From Isurus oxyrinchus (Eukaryota), in NCBI GenBank assembly GCA_026770705.1, contig JANJGN010000021.1, positions 90,272,001-90,336,000 of the forward strand: DNA of 64,000 bases. Direction: 5' to 3'. The translations under genes and the position numbers were made by a program. This document shows positions 37,481 through 52,329 of the stretch, in pieces. The notes beneath the pieces were generated by a model. It saw nothing but the letters and a program-made list of their open reading frames with translations. It did no database searches and had not been told where the DNA came from. How positions within the stretch are numbered: the stretch's first letter is position 1; each line of letters starts with the position of its first letter.

Positions 37481-38249
37481 GGTAAACATTTAATTTGCCT
37501 CACATAAGTAGACTGGAAGATGTACAAAACCTCATTATGTTTTGTACATGCTTTCATTTGATCATCTGGTGGGTTACCTGACACAGCCAAGAGCAATGGG
37601 GACATTTAGAATGATGGCTATCTCTTGTTCCAGGTGTATGCAGCTTCCGAGACTAGGCTCCGCCCCCCACCCCTCCTCCTGCACTAATTAGCTTATTATC
37701 GGGGGTCACCATCGGCAAGGCCTGAAATCGGAATTACATCAACTTCCGGGTTGCGGAACACACTGGCGATAAGAAAGCACACTGTTCAGACCCAGGTTTG
37801 TGCTCTATTCGGGCAATGAAACATCACAACAGCTCATTGCAGCCTCGGTTCAGACATGGAGAAAAGAATTCAAATGCACTGTGCAACAAAAAACTTAACT
37901 TAACATTAAGATCTACTTTCTTTGCATTTGCGAATGCGATTCGGGAAAAGTCTCCACTGGGTCAGTCACCGTGAACCCAAAAGAAAGATAGTTGCAGTTG
38001 CCAAATTCAAATCATCTAAACCCCAGCACGTTACTGCTGGAGGTCTTTAGAACAATGCCCTATGCACATTGAACTTATACTTTTTCAGTAGTAACAACCC
38101 ATCGACGCGAAAGCAGCAGTGGTTTCATTCACTATAGGATGAACTCCGTCAAATCATATTCAGAAATCATCAAATAATTCATCAGCCCAACGATCTCTGT
38201 AGCATGGGGTGATCGAAGATGGGGGTTACTTTCAACCTTGGACTCATAA

Positions 38250-40406
38250 ATGTCATCCATCTTTAATGCCACAGACACGCTAGCTCATGACAACCTCCAA
38301 CAAAATTGATTGTAAGGCCTTCCCCTCAATAACCAATGGCATAACCATCACTTAAATGACCCTGGCAATATCCCGGCAGTCGCCATTGGGCAGAGTGTAA
38401 ACTGCAACTGCTAATTATATGATGTGGCTATAACAAGATGTGAGAGGCAAACTATCCTGTCGTCACTGACATCCGACCTGACTTTGCAAAGCTTTTTCAA
38501 AACGTCCTTTTTTTATTCCTTCAAGGTTTGTCGACTTGGCTGGGTTGGGCGAACATTTATTGTCCATATACAATGGCCCTTTATATGTCGGTGGTGAGCT
38601 ACAATTTTGAACCGCTGAAGTCCCTGTGATGTAGCTGGTGGGCAATTAAACACTTCACCTGAGGAAGAGGCACCACAAACATTCCCATGCTCAATGATTG
38701 AGGAGGCCAGAGCGTCAGTGCAAATGATAAAGCTGAAACATTTGCTGCAATCTTCAGCCAGAAATGCCGTGCAGATGAGTGTCCTCGTCCTCCTGCCGAG
38801 GTCCCCAGCATCATGGGTGCCAATCCTCAGCAAATTCGATTTACTCTACATGATGTTAAAAATTGGCTGAGGGCACCGGATACTGGAAAGGCTATGGAAC
38901 CTAGAATAATCCAGCAATAAGACTGAAGCTTATGCTCCTGAATGACTATTCTACCCATAAATGTGGAACAATGCCCCGGTTTGTCCTGTACACAAAACGT
39001 AGGACAAAACTAACCCAGCCAACACTGCCCCACCAGTCAACTCTCGATAATAAGTTCTGTGAAGGAACGGGCCATCAAAACTGCTGCCAAAGGGCACCTG
39101 TTTAGCAATGACTTCCTCACTGGCGTTCACTTTGTGCTCTGCCAGTGTCCCTCAGCTCATGGCCTTATTGCAGCCTTGGTCCAAAAATGGACAAAAGAAC
39201 TGAACTCCAGAAGTGAGGTCAGAGTGAGGACCCTTGGCATCAGGGCCTCATTTGACCGACTGTGGCATCAAGGACCTCTAGGAAAACGCCAGTTAATGGG
39301 AATCACGGCGAAAAATCTTCACAAGCTGGAGTCATACCATACGCAAAGGAAGATGGTTGTGGTTGTTGGAGGTCAGTCATTTCAGTTCCAGAAAATGACT
39401 GCAGGACTTACACCGAATTATGTCCAAGGCCCAAAAATTTTCAGCAGCTTCATCAACCACCATCCATCCATCCTAAGGTCAGGATGGCGATGTTCGGTGA
39501 TTATTGCACAATTTTCAGCACTGTCTGTATCTCCTCAGATACTGAAGCAGCCATAAAGAAACACAATCAGTCCTCTGCAATATCCAAGCTTGGACTAACC
39601 AGTGGCAATTAACTTTCTTCCCACACAAGTGCCAGGCATGATAATCTCCAAAAAAAAGAGAATCTAATCATCGCCCCATGACATTCAATGCCATTACCAT
39701 CACTGAATCCCCCACTATCAGCATCCTGGTGGTTATCAATTACCTCAACTGGATTAGCCATATGAATACTGCGGCTACAGAAGCAGTTCAAAATCTTGGA
39801 ATATTGCAGTGAGGAACTCACCTCCTTTCTCTGCAAAGCATGTCCAAAAACAATGAGGCCCAATTCAGGAGTGTGACGGAATGTTTGCCTGGATGAACGA
39901 CACTCCAAAAACACTGATGAAGCTTAGCACCATCCAGGCCAAAGCTGCCTTCTTCCCTGGCATGCCATCCACAAACATTCATTCCCTCCATCACCGATGC
40001 AAAGTGACAGCTGTGTGTACATTCTACATAAAAATGAAAAAAAAAACCTTTTGTTTCGCAGGCTGCTCCTTCATTAGAGAAAGGAGACAAGTGGCGAGGT
40101 GAACTGAAGGGTCGCATCTCAGGTGGGGGCGAGGGCTTGAATAATGACCTTCGCTGATGCGAGCATTGAGCCCACTTGATTGACACCATCTCCATTGCAT
40201 TGATTAGCTCCACCATGGACGCACAGTCGCAGCAGTGAGTACCATCCAAAAGGCTCCTGAGACAGCACCTTAAAGACCCGGGACCACTACAATCTAGGAC
40301 AAGGGGAGCAGATATATAAGAGCAGCTGGAAGCTCTCCTTCAAGCCACCCACCACCCCGAATTGGAAATACATCGCCGCTCCTTCACTATCAGTGTGTCA
40401 AAGTCC
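38250..40406 (+). mobile_element. Degenerate LINE family B (CR1-group RT), interrupted by an antisense SINE at about 40045-40215
   Basis: RT remnant LVQKWTKELNSRSEVRVRTLGIRASFDRLWHQG...LESYHTQRKMVVVVGGQS...GPKIFSSFIN. Confidence 0.85.
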
Positions 40407-43400
40407 CACAAAAAGTTTTGCACAGAATTATTCAAAATTATTTTACGGAGGCGCAGACAAATACATATAAATCATTTTATTTCTTATTATCTTCAATTCC
40501 CATGTTTGCCGATGACGAATGCTATGGTCTATCTTTGCCTCATTCTCAGCCTGTCCTGGCACCTGCAAAGTTATTATGCTGCCTCCGTTCTGGATATTTG
40601 TGCATGCCCTTAACATGGCATCAATTAAATCATCACAGCTTCTAATGTTGTTTCAATTATAATGAATTACTATGGAATTAACAACATTAAATGAAATTGG
40701 AAAAGTTTCAACAGGTTGCCCATGACTTCCTGAATTTTGCTACAATACCGATTATTAAATTAGTATGGTGCCATTTCTCTTCGCCCAAAATCTTCGATAT
40801 TGTATTCCGATGTCAAACTCCAATCATTTTTGGGGAACAAAGAAAAAACAACCACATCGTGAGGCCACACCACTGCACACTTCTCTCCACATACAAAAAT
40901 AAGTCAACATTTTCCCCACTTCCAATTCCTGGGACAAATAAATTTCCAAGATTTTTGTTTTTTTCTGTTGTAAATAAATATGTAAAGTAGCAGACGAACA
41001 ATGATTTTTGAAAGGCAACATTCGCACAGCATATGTGGCAGAACAATTTCTATTATTTAATCAATGAAGTCTGTCATTTTAGATACATATGGCTTACCCA
41101 TACAAATCGATTCACAGGTCGATTATCTCTTGTTCGCTCACATCTTATGATGTATAATTTATTTTTTCTCATTGATAATGCTCCCTATTAGTTTTTCAAG
41201 AACTGAAAATAGAATAAGTGACCCGTAGTTCGAAATTTTCTTCCTCACTTAGTTCTTCAACAGGGTGTAATATGTGAAATCATACAATACTCCAATATCC
41301 AATAATGTTGCTCAAGTGTTCTGTTATCTCCCTTCATGCTGCGTTAGAAACCAAGGACAGATCCCGTAACGAATGTGACATTTGTCAAATTTTTGCCATT
41401 CCAACTTGTTCAGCACTGATTTTCTGTCTGTTCTGATACATCTAATACCTATTCCCCATCATTAACGCCAGTGTTAACCTCGGCTTCTTCTCTTATGCAG
41501 ATGCAAAGACATTCTGAAAATCTCATTATGCTACTAATATCCTTACGATGATGTGAATGTGCCCCTCGCCCGCCCTAGCAAAACGTTTCCTTTCATTTAG
41601 CTTTAGATAAGACTATCAGGCCATGGTGAAGGGGAGCAGGAATAGTCCATATGCGCGTCGAAACTCGGCCGCCATTCAATAAAACGAGACTGAACCTTGA
41701 ACTCAGGTCCACATCCTGCCCACTGCGCATATCGCTTGATTCCTTGAGAGACAAAAGGCCTGCCCTCCTCAACCTTAAAGTAGTCAATGATAAATCATGC
41801 TCAGCTTCTTGTGGTAGAAAATTTAATTAAAAAAAGCTTCTCTTTGAGGGAAGACAATTCACCTTATCTCAGTCCGAAACTATAATAGCCTTATACTGGG
41901 AGTGTGCCCACCTTGTCTAGCTTTTCTCACCAATGTTAAGCGAGTACATGGCGATGAAATTTTGCAGCACAGCACAATCCCAACGTACCCCAGCCGACTT
42001 ACTTGAATTCTGGGGGCAAGTCAACTAAAACGAGTGGCCAGCCCTCAGGGCCAGTAACATCTTGTGGGGCACAGAGCAAGTACCAAACAAGCTACCCCGT
42101 TCTTTCCCGCCTGTTCCCCTGGGATGGTGAATTCGTGGATTGGCTGTTTTTGCTCGGTCATCCCCAATTACACTTCTTATTGTAGCATGGCGAAACGAAG
42201 ACCTTATGCAGGATAACAAGCTTAAGGGTCTAAAGGCTTGCTGAAGCTTCACACGCCCATCATATTATGGGGGACAGCTCAGGGTGAGCAGAAAGTCGGC
42301 AGGCTAGTAACCCGTCCTATTTTTTTTTACCAAATCCTCGCCTCGCCAACTTCAAATATGGGGAGGGGACAGGTGTTCATCCCATGCCCCCCCCCCCCCC
42401 CCCCCCCACCAACCGGAACTTTATTTTAGCCAACTGGAGGTGCTTTGTGATATTGAGACATGCTATGAAGCCGCCAAGGCATTGGATCTATAACAGTAAT
42501 AAAGCACTTTAGGACCTGCATAATACATTTTCTTGGCCTTGCTCTTGTGTTACACCTAAGAATAAGGTCGGCAGAACATTGACTTCCATCTTTAGTTACG
42601 TAATTGATTCATGGCGATAATTAACCGTATTTTTGCTTAGTAATTCCCTATAGAAATATAACAGAAAGTCTATCCACTTGCATTGGTAATATTTAAACTT
42701 GTAATTCTTGGCAATAGTAATATATTTAAAAAAGCATGCCAGTGTGTCCCTGTGATACCCATTAATCCTCTCGTATATCACCTTATACATATCTACTGAT
42801 AGCATCAAGCATTGGACGCTAATACACACAGACAATAAAATAATCATAGAAAAAACATTATGTAGAAAATTTGCAGATCAATGCTAGTGCCAGTTATGGA
42901 TCATGTTGTGCTATGAAGATATCTTAAATTGACACAACAAAAAGAATTCTCGGATTACGCTTGACCTCTTCTAGAAATGTTAATGACAATAGATATAAAA
43001 GGGAACTGGTTTTCATCAAAACCTGTTTATTTTTTCTACAGCTCTTTCTTTTGTTTTCTTTTAATCCAATATTTTTCCTGTCTGTCACCCAATGCGTAGG
43101 ATTTAGAGTAACCTGTCATATAAAAGAGATAACTTTTAAAATGTTTTTGATAAGTATGAATAACACCAATAGTAACTTTTTATTCATTCATTGTTTGGAG
43201 CGTCAACCACAAGGAGGGCATTTGATTACCATGCCTAATTTTACTTAAGTCACCTTCTTGAACTGCTGCTATCCATTTGTAGTGGATGCCTGCTCGCCAT
43301 TTCCAGTAGGTGGGCCACAGGATTTTTAAGCCAGAGACAGTGGAAGAAGGATGAGATATCTTTAATTTAGAATTTGAGTGATGTGGCTTAGTTAATGCAG

Positions 43401-43875
43401 TAAACCTTCCCACGTTCAGTTTGAAGGTGAGTAAAGCAAAATTAGGCACTGAGACACTTTATGACATATTATGCCAAATGGCAGAAAACTTGGTCAGAGT
43501 GTTTATATTTTAAGGTTGTTTTAAGAGTGCATCCCTTGTTCCACAAGTTATATCTAAATACGTTTTGTGCAGAACAAAAGATACATCCGATAGATATTCA
43601 GCTGCAAATGACTGCCCAGCGTATTCCAATGGGTATGCTTCAAATCAGTGGACGAAATGATGTAAATCTCCTGCTCTTCAAAGACAAATTCTCCAACGGG
43701 AGTTTCAGTGTTGCACGAATTCACAGAGGGGTCCAGGCAGCATCTATCGTCCCATCGGAAATTTGAATTTCAAACACATTACGGAGCAAGTGTGCACGTC
43801 GGTTAATTTTCTGGTTATCAACATGCAAAAGCGATCCACATCTGAAAATTCAAAGTTGAACATGTTCTCTTACAG

Positions 43876-43902
43876 AAATGGACCTGCATATGAAAGATAC
43901 AC
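43876..43902 (+). CDS. Unit 2 exon B, 27 nt, (E)MDLHMKDT
   Basis: ttctcttacAG|...ACAC|GTaaga. Confidence 0.65.
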
Positions 43903-45327
43903 GTAAGAACATTTCCATTGGGTTAAGTTCATGCATGTTGTTTTTTTCTGCCCCAAATTCCAACGTCCACACTAACAATATAGCTCACCACAAAGGAAAT
44001 TAATGGTTTTTACGAATGGGAAACTATCGATGCAGTCACAATAATTAACTAAACATGTCCGAGAAATGCCAAGTATTAGTTTTCACTCAGTTACCACTTC
44101 AGTGTTGATCTGGTTAAAGTACCTACCAAAGTAAGTTTAATGGAGAAAACTGCATTTAGCACGTTGAATTTTAGCCGTATGAGCACCTGACATGATTTCT
44201 GGTGAACCTCCGTATCAAACTGTCCACACTTTGTCTTGATACTTCATTACTTGCATTGCTTGTTTCGCGTTCCTGTCCTAACATAGCACCCCACCGCTCC
44301 CCAACCACCTCCCTCACCTCCGCCTACAGGTTTCTGGACACAGACACTCGTACCTTCCCATTTTTTTCCATTCTTCCTACAGCCTTTGATTCAAAAACAG
44401 GCAAAAAAGTGATATTTGCATTGCTTTGCAGCACAAAGTGGCAAAAGCCAATCGCCAAACCATTCCTCATGCCATCATGGTTGCGCCCATTGAAGTCAAA
44501 AGATGAGCATAATCGTGAAACATAGCAATCGGGAATACTGTTAAAGAAGTTTGTACCATCCTTGGATTCACATGCCAGGAATCTAATATTAGCCGACCAA
44601 TACCTACATCGCAGACCATCACTCCATTCTTTTGCCAATCCGATGATCATATTAATAACACTATTTGCAGCAAATTGGTATAAAAAATCTGTAATGCAAG
44701 AAAGCGCATCCCAAAAGGTGAATTTTTGTGAAGGTTTGCTTTGCTTTACATATGCTAAAGTGGCACTTCATATGAATTGTAACATGTTACGCTGTTGCTG
44801 ATGAGAGCCATTAACCTGCCCGTCCCTACTGTTGTGGATTGGCATCATGCATTTCTGAATCCATCTCGGATTCCCGAGCATAGCCTCCAACAGTTAGGAC
44901 ACTTCTGTTAAAAAAGCATTACTTTCGATCTCAGTTTGTTTGTAACTATCCAAACATGCCCTTATATGACAGCTAGGCTACTTTTAAAAGCATTACTTGT
45001 CTTTGAATATTTTCGAATCACATTGTTTGACCTACCTTAATCTCCCTATTTGATCAGTGTTTTTACTTTCTCAAATGCAATTCATGTTAAACATCTTACT
45101 AACATTTTATGGCGGCGCACTCATCTATACGTCATTGTTTTTCTTTCTGAATGTTCACCACGGCCTGCTTCATTAGTAACTTCCAGTTAAGTTCACAGCA
45201 ATTCATATTCATGTACACAAGCAAATATATATAAAAGCTCCAATAAAACAATTCAAAGTATATCTCAACTAGGAACATTGGATTAAAGTTCAGTCTTCGT
45301 TAAAAAAAAGAATCCCTACATTTTCAG

Positions 45328-45363
45328 ATATAGATACACTAAAGAAACGCCTTGATGAAAAGC
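45328..45363 (+). CDS. Unit 2 exon D, 36 nt, (x)IDTLKKRLDEK
   Basis: ccctacattttcAG|...AAGC|GTtagt. Confidence 0.7.
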
Positions 45364-46405
45364 GTTAGTGAAATATTAAATTAGCTACTGTTGTATGCGA
45401 TTCATATGCAGTAAGTTTGTGCACAAAACTCAATTTCATGGTTTCCGGAGCCGGTTAGCGTGGAGGATGGGTGGCAGCTCTGGAGTAGGGAGGTGAGGTG
45501 CCCTAAGTGTCACATTTGACAGGCCTGGTGTAGGGCGGAGCATAGTAGTTGGAGTGTGAAACCCTGCCCCAATCAGCTCTTGCTTGCTGCTTCTGCTTCC
45601 TCCCTAGCCCTCACCGATAGCACTCCCAACCGAATTTCCCCACAATCCTCTGGCCTCACCTCCACTCCCCTTTCTGAGACTATGCACAATTACCTGCTCT
45701 TAAGCTCCTGGCTACGAACCTATTTGGCTCACACGTCTACAAGTAATGAATTCCATCCCTCCATCCTCCACAACCCGACCCAACCCAGCTGTCCGAGTGT
45801 TGGATGTAAGTTCCTTCTCCTGGAAATTACCTCTCTTTGGACCATTAAATGGCTGTCGGGAACACAATATTGGATGGTTTGCATTCCTCACTGAAACTTC
45901 CATGCAGCTTCTGTGGCCAAAGTGCTATCAGCCATTTAATTGTCAGGTAAACATTGGGGCGGGGTCTGCCCACCAGAATAAGGGGTATTGTGCACCTCAA
46001 GTGAATTAGCTTTCCACCCACCTTTAAATGGTTGCGTAGCAATTACAAAGGATCATGCGGTGTGAACTCGCCTCATAGATTTTTGCAGAAGAATGTTTTG
46101 TGGTAATCCATAACTAATGTAAATTTCTCGCCTTTTTTTAAGTCACCTTCTTATTGCTCACTCTCATTCTCCTTGATTGCTGTGTTTTTGAACTAATTGA
46201 ACTATTTTCTCTCCCTGCGAAGCTCTTCAAAGAACCACTGAACAACTTCTTGTTCTATAACATCACATGTTGAATTATTGATGTTCTTTTTCCAAACAAT
46301 TATTTGCTCTAAATTTGGTCTTTCTGAATAGCGCTCTCTCCATGATGTCACCATGATCCCCCTGTCCCTCTTAGGCTCTCTCTCTGACTCTCTTATTTGG
46401 TGTAG

Positions 46406-46441
46406 ACATGGAAAAGCTGAGGAAGCAAGTCAAAGACACAG
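46406..46441 (+). CDS. Unit 2 exon E, 36 nt, (x)MEKLRKQVKDT
   Basis: ttatttggtgtAG|...ACAG|GTatgg. Confidence 0.7.
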
Positions 46442-49400
46442 GTATGGCACTTAACACTTTAAACACTGAAACATGAAATTTTTATGTATATTGTTCATTA
46501 GCATAATGTTGCTTTGTGTTTCAATCAACATAATAAGTGTTACCTAGAGCAATGTAAAATGTTTTCCTACACAGCATTAAGGACATGATTGTGTCACCAT
46601 TTCCCAATCTCTGTTAAAAATGAGAGTGCTGAGTACTTCCAAGGAATGTTTGCGGCAGATAATAGAACAATTGACGACCATCAGGCCCATCGAGTCCATG
46701 CCTGTTATCCATAGAGCAATTCAGTCATTCAATCTTTTCCACTCAATTGATTCAGCATAGCCCTACAGGTTTATTTCGCTCTGGTGCCCCTCCATATTTC
46801 TTTTTTGTTTTCAAACCATTGACTGTTTCCATTTTGCCACCCTGCTTAGCAATGAATTCCAGGCCATAAGCACATGCTTTGTAAAATATAAACGCAATAG
46901 TTCCTCACAAAAAGTGTTGTGAACGTATAAAATCTTGGAAGAATTGTGTACAGTGAGGGGGATAGGTTAGACCTTCAAATTGACATTGACAAATTGGTGG
47001 CATGAGTGCTAGACAGGTGACAGATGAGCTTCAATGCAGGAAACTTTAAAGTGATTCATTTTGTTAGGAGAAACATGAAAAGATAACCTATGAAATGTTC
47101 AACTCTAGAGGGGGCGCGGGAGCAGAGGGTTCTGTGTGTATATGTATATACTTTATTATAGGATGCAGGGCAGGCTGGGAATGTTATCAGTCAAGCATAC
47201 TTTATCGTAGGCACCATTACTAGGGCCATGGAGTACAAGAGCAAGAGCTTTAATTTGAATTTATATGAACCAATATTTCGATCTCTCCTAAAGTACTACG
47301 CCAAGCTATTGGTGCTAAGCCTTTGGGAGGATGTGAAGGCATTGGAGAGGGTGTAGAAAAAGATTCATGAATATAGCCCCAGTTATTATGAACTTCAGTT
47401 ATGAAGATAAACCGGAGAAGTTAAGTCTTGTCTCCTTAGAGGAACCAAGGCTGAGAGGAGATTAGATAGCTGTATTCACAATTTATGAAGGGTCTGAACA
47501 GAGCAATTAGACTAAGGTATTCTCACTCATGAAAGCATGAATAATAAGAGGGCATAGATTTAAGACTATACAAATCTTTATCATCAGTCTCACCTGTCAG
47601 TTGCCTGCTCGTTCTGTTTTTCCATCTATGTTTCAGGCGATTCGTATCAACATTATTGGTTGCCACACCTCCAAGTTTCGTATGATATGCAAACGTAGAA
47701 ATTGCACATTGCATTCCGAGGCTCAAGTAGTTTATATACAGTAAATATAAACATAAATAAATGAGTAAACGAAAAAAGCAAGCAAACGAAAGAATGAATG
47801 AACCAATCAATAAAAATATAAGAAATGCATCATTAAATTCTTAAAAAACAAAATAAATTAACAAGTAAATGCTTAACTAACAATTAGCATGCCTCGCTGT
47901 TTATGTTCCTTAAAGCCATTTTGGGTTTTTTTAAGATCCAATTTGTCTCCTGCCATCCTCTTTAATGAGACTCAGTTTTGCTCTCTAACCTGTTCAGTAG
48001 CATTTAGTCGGAAAAATAACTAAAAGCCATATACATAGCCTCCAGTGCATTCCATTTAGCAAATTTCCCTGTTTGTACAACAAAATAGAGTTAATAACTT
48101 CCAAAGAGTCAAGCATAGTATGCCTTTTACAAGACTTAACTGGATTTGCTTAATTAAATTGCACACATCGATGAACCTATTGATGTTTCCTTGATTATTG
48201 TTAATGAATCCTTCTGCAACAGTGAAGTTAAACCAACTAGTCTTACTTCCTTTCTAAAAAAAAGGGGGACACCTTTGTCAATGTTATATTCAGATGCACC
48301 TTTCCCTTTTCGAGGGAAAGCTGGAGAAACTATGGCAAGCCCTTCCAACATCCACACTTACATCAGCAACCTGGCACAGAAGACATCCGGATGAGGTGAC
48401 GTATCTAGCTCAAGTATGGCAGCTTTTTCCACGACCTCCTCCCTCAATTTTCACTATATCCATTGCTTGCACTGTTTCGGTTTCTATAGGCATATTTTTG
48501 ACAGATTCGTGTTTATTAATAAACATCAATACAAGTTGCTTATGAAGAACGTCATTCTATTCTACCGACTGTACATTACCTTCTTTGTAGGTAAAAAGGC
48601 CAGTTCTTTTGGCTGACTATTTACATGCGGGGGTCAAATCGGGATGACATATTCATTGACCGCAATTCCATTCTCTGGTTCTCACTGGTTGCTCATAATC
48701 ATTGCGGTAAACTAAAAGATCCAACACTGAAATCAAAATGAATGCTTGCACAGGCAGAGAAATTAGAAGTAATAATAATAAAAACAACATTAAAAATAAC
48801 AATAACAGGAATAATACGTATAATAATAGGAATATGTTAGTCACGTGCTGGCCCTTTGCCTATTTGCATATCGCACAGAGGAAAGGGCCAGAATATTTAC
48901 GTGGTTTTGGGTAGGGTGTGAATACATGATGAAGCCGGCCAAAGAACTAACCAGGAGAAAGGTTTGTTTGCAATCGGCAAGAGACCAACAACTTGCTTTT
49001 CTCATCTAAGAAACGTATAGTTTAGGAGGATGGAGGTCAGTAAATGAGAATAGAGGGCTTTAAATTACTTGGGTAAGGGGACTGAAGAGTGAAATTCTCC
49101 TCCAGTCACAGAAGCAGTGTAGCAAGGCACAGCTACGTTGAAGCCTCCCTGTCATATCATTGTCGACTTTGTCGAGCCTTGTGAAACATTTGAAATTGCA
49201 ATCATGTCCAAACTGGCAGCACTGATGAAAGGGGTGATCTTACAATGTGGAAATTGTGCATCTTTGCCTCAGTGGAATTTCTCTGCAAAAGCGCTATCAG
49301 TCAACACTTACTCGCCAATAAACCTGACATCAATGTCCAGGGCGGAATTTTATCCTCCATGATCCGGAGCATATTATGTAGTGTGAAGGCATCGCGTGTT

Positions 49401-52293
49401 GTTAACTGCTTTATCACCCACATTTTCCATACAAAAAAACACCAGGAGGGCGGATCAAAATGTCAGGCACCGTCCCGCATAATCTAAGTATTAATATAAA
49501 AGTTAATACGACTAATAAAGTACTCATTCACTGTAATAATACTCTCAGAAGGAAATAAGATGAATCCAAGACGAGACATATGCTAGATTAAGAATCGTTT
49601 TTTTAAAGGCAAGCTTGCTTGGTAGGGCTTGAAAACGTAGCTAAGAGTGGAGTCTCAGTTTGACAGTTAAAAGTTTATTAGCACCCGGGGCGGCTTTTTT
49701 GAGTGGGCAGGGGAGTCATTTGGATATTCTTCATGAGGAGAGCGCACATTTAATTAAGAGGGCCCTTTTGTTGGTATATTGCTCAGTCCATTACGCTGGG
49801 CTGATGGGTGAAAAAATGTTTTTGGCAGATGGTATTGTATCATTTGGAGGCGCAACCTCGAATGAAGAGTCAAGATGGACGAGGAGGAAGAGTGGCAGAG
49901 GGGAAAACAGGGAGGCTCAGTTTGCTGTGGTTCCTCAGAATGTGGGCAGAAACATATAGAGGCAGACTCGCTCGTTCTTGAATGCTTCTCCCTTCACTCC
50001 GATGATGCAGACATCTATGCTTGTCAATAGTAAGATGTGCACAGTTGTTCAGTACCAAAGGTTGGGAGACTTGCAGAAATTAAAATTCTTCGACCTTTGA
50101 AGTTTGAAATTGTTGTTAGAGATTATTGAAGTCAGGTATTTCTTAACCAGCTCAGACATGATGAGCCGAATGGCTTCGTTCTGTGGTGCAAGCGTCTATG
50201 ATTTTATTCACCAAAATATAAAATAAAATCGTAAAACGCTGGAAAATACTTAACAGGACAGGTAGCGTCTGTGGAGAGAAAAAAGGAATTAACGTTTTGA
50301 GTCCGCATGACTTCATCATAGCTGAAGGGAGGTAGAAATGTAACGTGTTTTATACTGTGGAAGAGACGGGATTGAGTAGGTAGATCAAAATAAAAGCCCA
50401 AAGATAGGTGGGAACTGAAAAAAGATTTGACAAAGGCACCAATGTCAAAAGGAAAACGGAAGGTAATCAAATAACCTTGGTGACTAAACCACGTGCTAAA
50501 ATTTGCACATAGATCAGGTAGCAGAAGCTTTTAACAGCATAAGAAGGGATGGCGTTCTCTGAAAACACACCATAAGAACAAATTACAGGCTGGCATTGTG
50601 GGTTGCGTGTTGGGAAAAATAAACACTTACAGGTAAACAATTAAATTGCCTTACAAGAGTGGACTGGAAGTTCTGCAAATCTTTGCTCTGTATAGTAGAT
50701 GTGTTCGTTTGATCATCTGGTGGGTCACCTGACACAGCCAAGAGCAATGGAGACCGATTTTCTGTTTGTTCTGATACATCTAATAACTCTTCCCTGTCCT
50801 TTAAACTGATGTTATTTTCGCCTTCTTCTCTGACGCAAATAAAAAGACGCTCTGCTAATCTCATTATGCTACGTACAACCTCACGACGATGCGATGTGCC
50901 CCTCAGCTGCCCTAGGAAAACACTTCCTTTCATTTCACTTTAAATAATGGCATCAGGCCATGGTGAAGTGGAGCAGGAATAGTCTATATGCACGTCGAAA
51001 TTCGGCCGCCATTCAATAAGACGAGATTGATCCTTCAACTCAGACGCACATCCATCCCACTGCCCATGTCCCTTAATTCCCAGAGAGACAAAAGACCTGC
51101 CCACCTCAACCTTAATTTATTGAATGGTAAAGCATCCTCAACTTCTTGTGGTAGAAAATTCAATTTAAAAAATCTTCTTTTTGAGGGAAGACATTTCACC
51201 TCATCTCAGTCCAAAACTACATCAAACTTATACTGGGAATGTGCCTGCGTTGTTTGGCTTCTCTCACCAAATTAAGAAAGTTCATAGCGATGAATTTTTG
51301 CACCAACCACAAAGCCAACGTACCCCTGCCGACTTACATGAATTCCAGGGGCACGTCAACTAAAACGAGCGGCCAGCCCTCAGGGCCAATGACATCATGC
51401 AGGGCACAGGGCAAGTACCAAACAAGTTACCCGGTTGTTTCCCGCCTTTTCCCCTGGGACGGTGAAGTTGTGTGTTGGCTGTTTTTGCTTGATCATCCCC
51501 AGCTGCACTTATTATTGCATCTATGCAAAACCAGGACATTATGCAGCTTAACAAGCCTAAGGGTGTAAGGGCTGCCGGTAGCCTCACCCGTCCACCATAT
51601 CGTGGGGACAGCTCAGGGTGAGTGGAAAGTCGGTAGGCTAGTAACCCGTCTTATTTTTATTGACCAAATCCTCGCCCGTCGTCATCAAATAATGGGAGGG
51701 GACAGGTGTTCTTTCCACGCCCCCATCCCCTCTCCCCCCCGCTCCCGGACCTTTATTATAGACATCTGGAGGTGCTTCCTGACATTGAGGCATGTTATGG
51801 TGCCGCCATGTCATTTGATCTGCAGCAGTAATAGAGCACTTTAGGACCTGCACAAAATATTTTTTTGGCCTTGCTCTTATGTTACACCTAAGAATAAGGT
51901 CGGCAGAAAATTGACTTCCATATTTAGATATTTAATTGATTCACTGCGACTATTAACCGTATTTTCGCTTAGTAAGCCCGCTAGAATATAACAGAAAGTC
52001 CAGCCACTTTCATTGGTAATATTTAAATTTGTAATTCTTGACAATAGTAATATTTTTTTGAAAACATGCCAGTTTGACCCTGTAACACTGATTAATCCTC
52101 TCATATAACTCCTTATTCATATTTACTGAGGGCATCCTACTACACCCAGACACTAAAATAATCATAGCAAACAAATTTGTGTAGAAAATTTGCAGATCAT
52201 TTCTAATGACAGTTGGAGGTCATATTGTGCTATGCAGTTATATTAAATTGATGCAACAAAAGGAATTCTCGGATCACGCTTGACCTCTTCTAG

Positions 52294-52329
52294 AAATGTT
52301 AATGACGATAGATATAAAAGGAACATTTG
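52294..52329 (+). CDS. Unit 3 exon A, 36 nt, (E)MLMTIDIKGTF
   Basis: gacctcttctAG|...TTTG|GTattc. Confidence 0.5.

Larger units (their letters stand above)
26082..40406 (+). repeat. Tandem unit 1 (about 14.3 kb) of a diverged segmental array
   Basis: Colinear homology with unit 2 starting at cacaaaacgtcttgcacagaattattcaaaa (26082) and cacaaaaagttttgcacagaattattcaaaa (40407); paralogous ORFs recur in the track. Confidence 0.88.
40407..50753 (+). repeat. Tandem unit 2 (about 10.3 kb)
   Basis: Colinear with 26082-37600; ends at the junction gagcaatggaga|ccgattttctg. Confidence 0.88.
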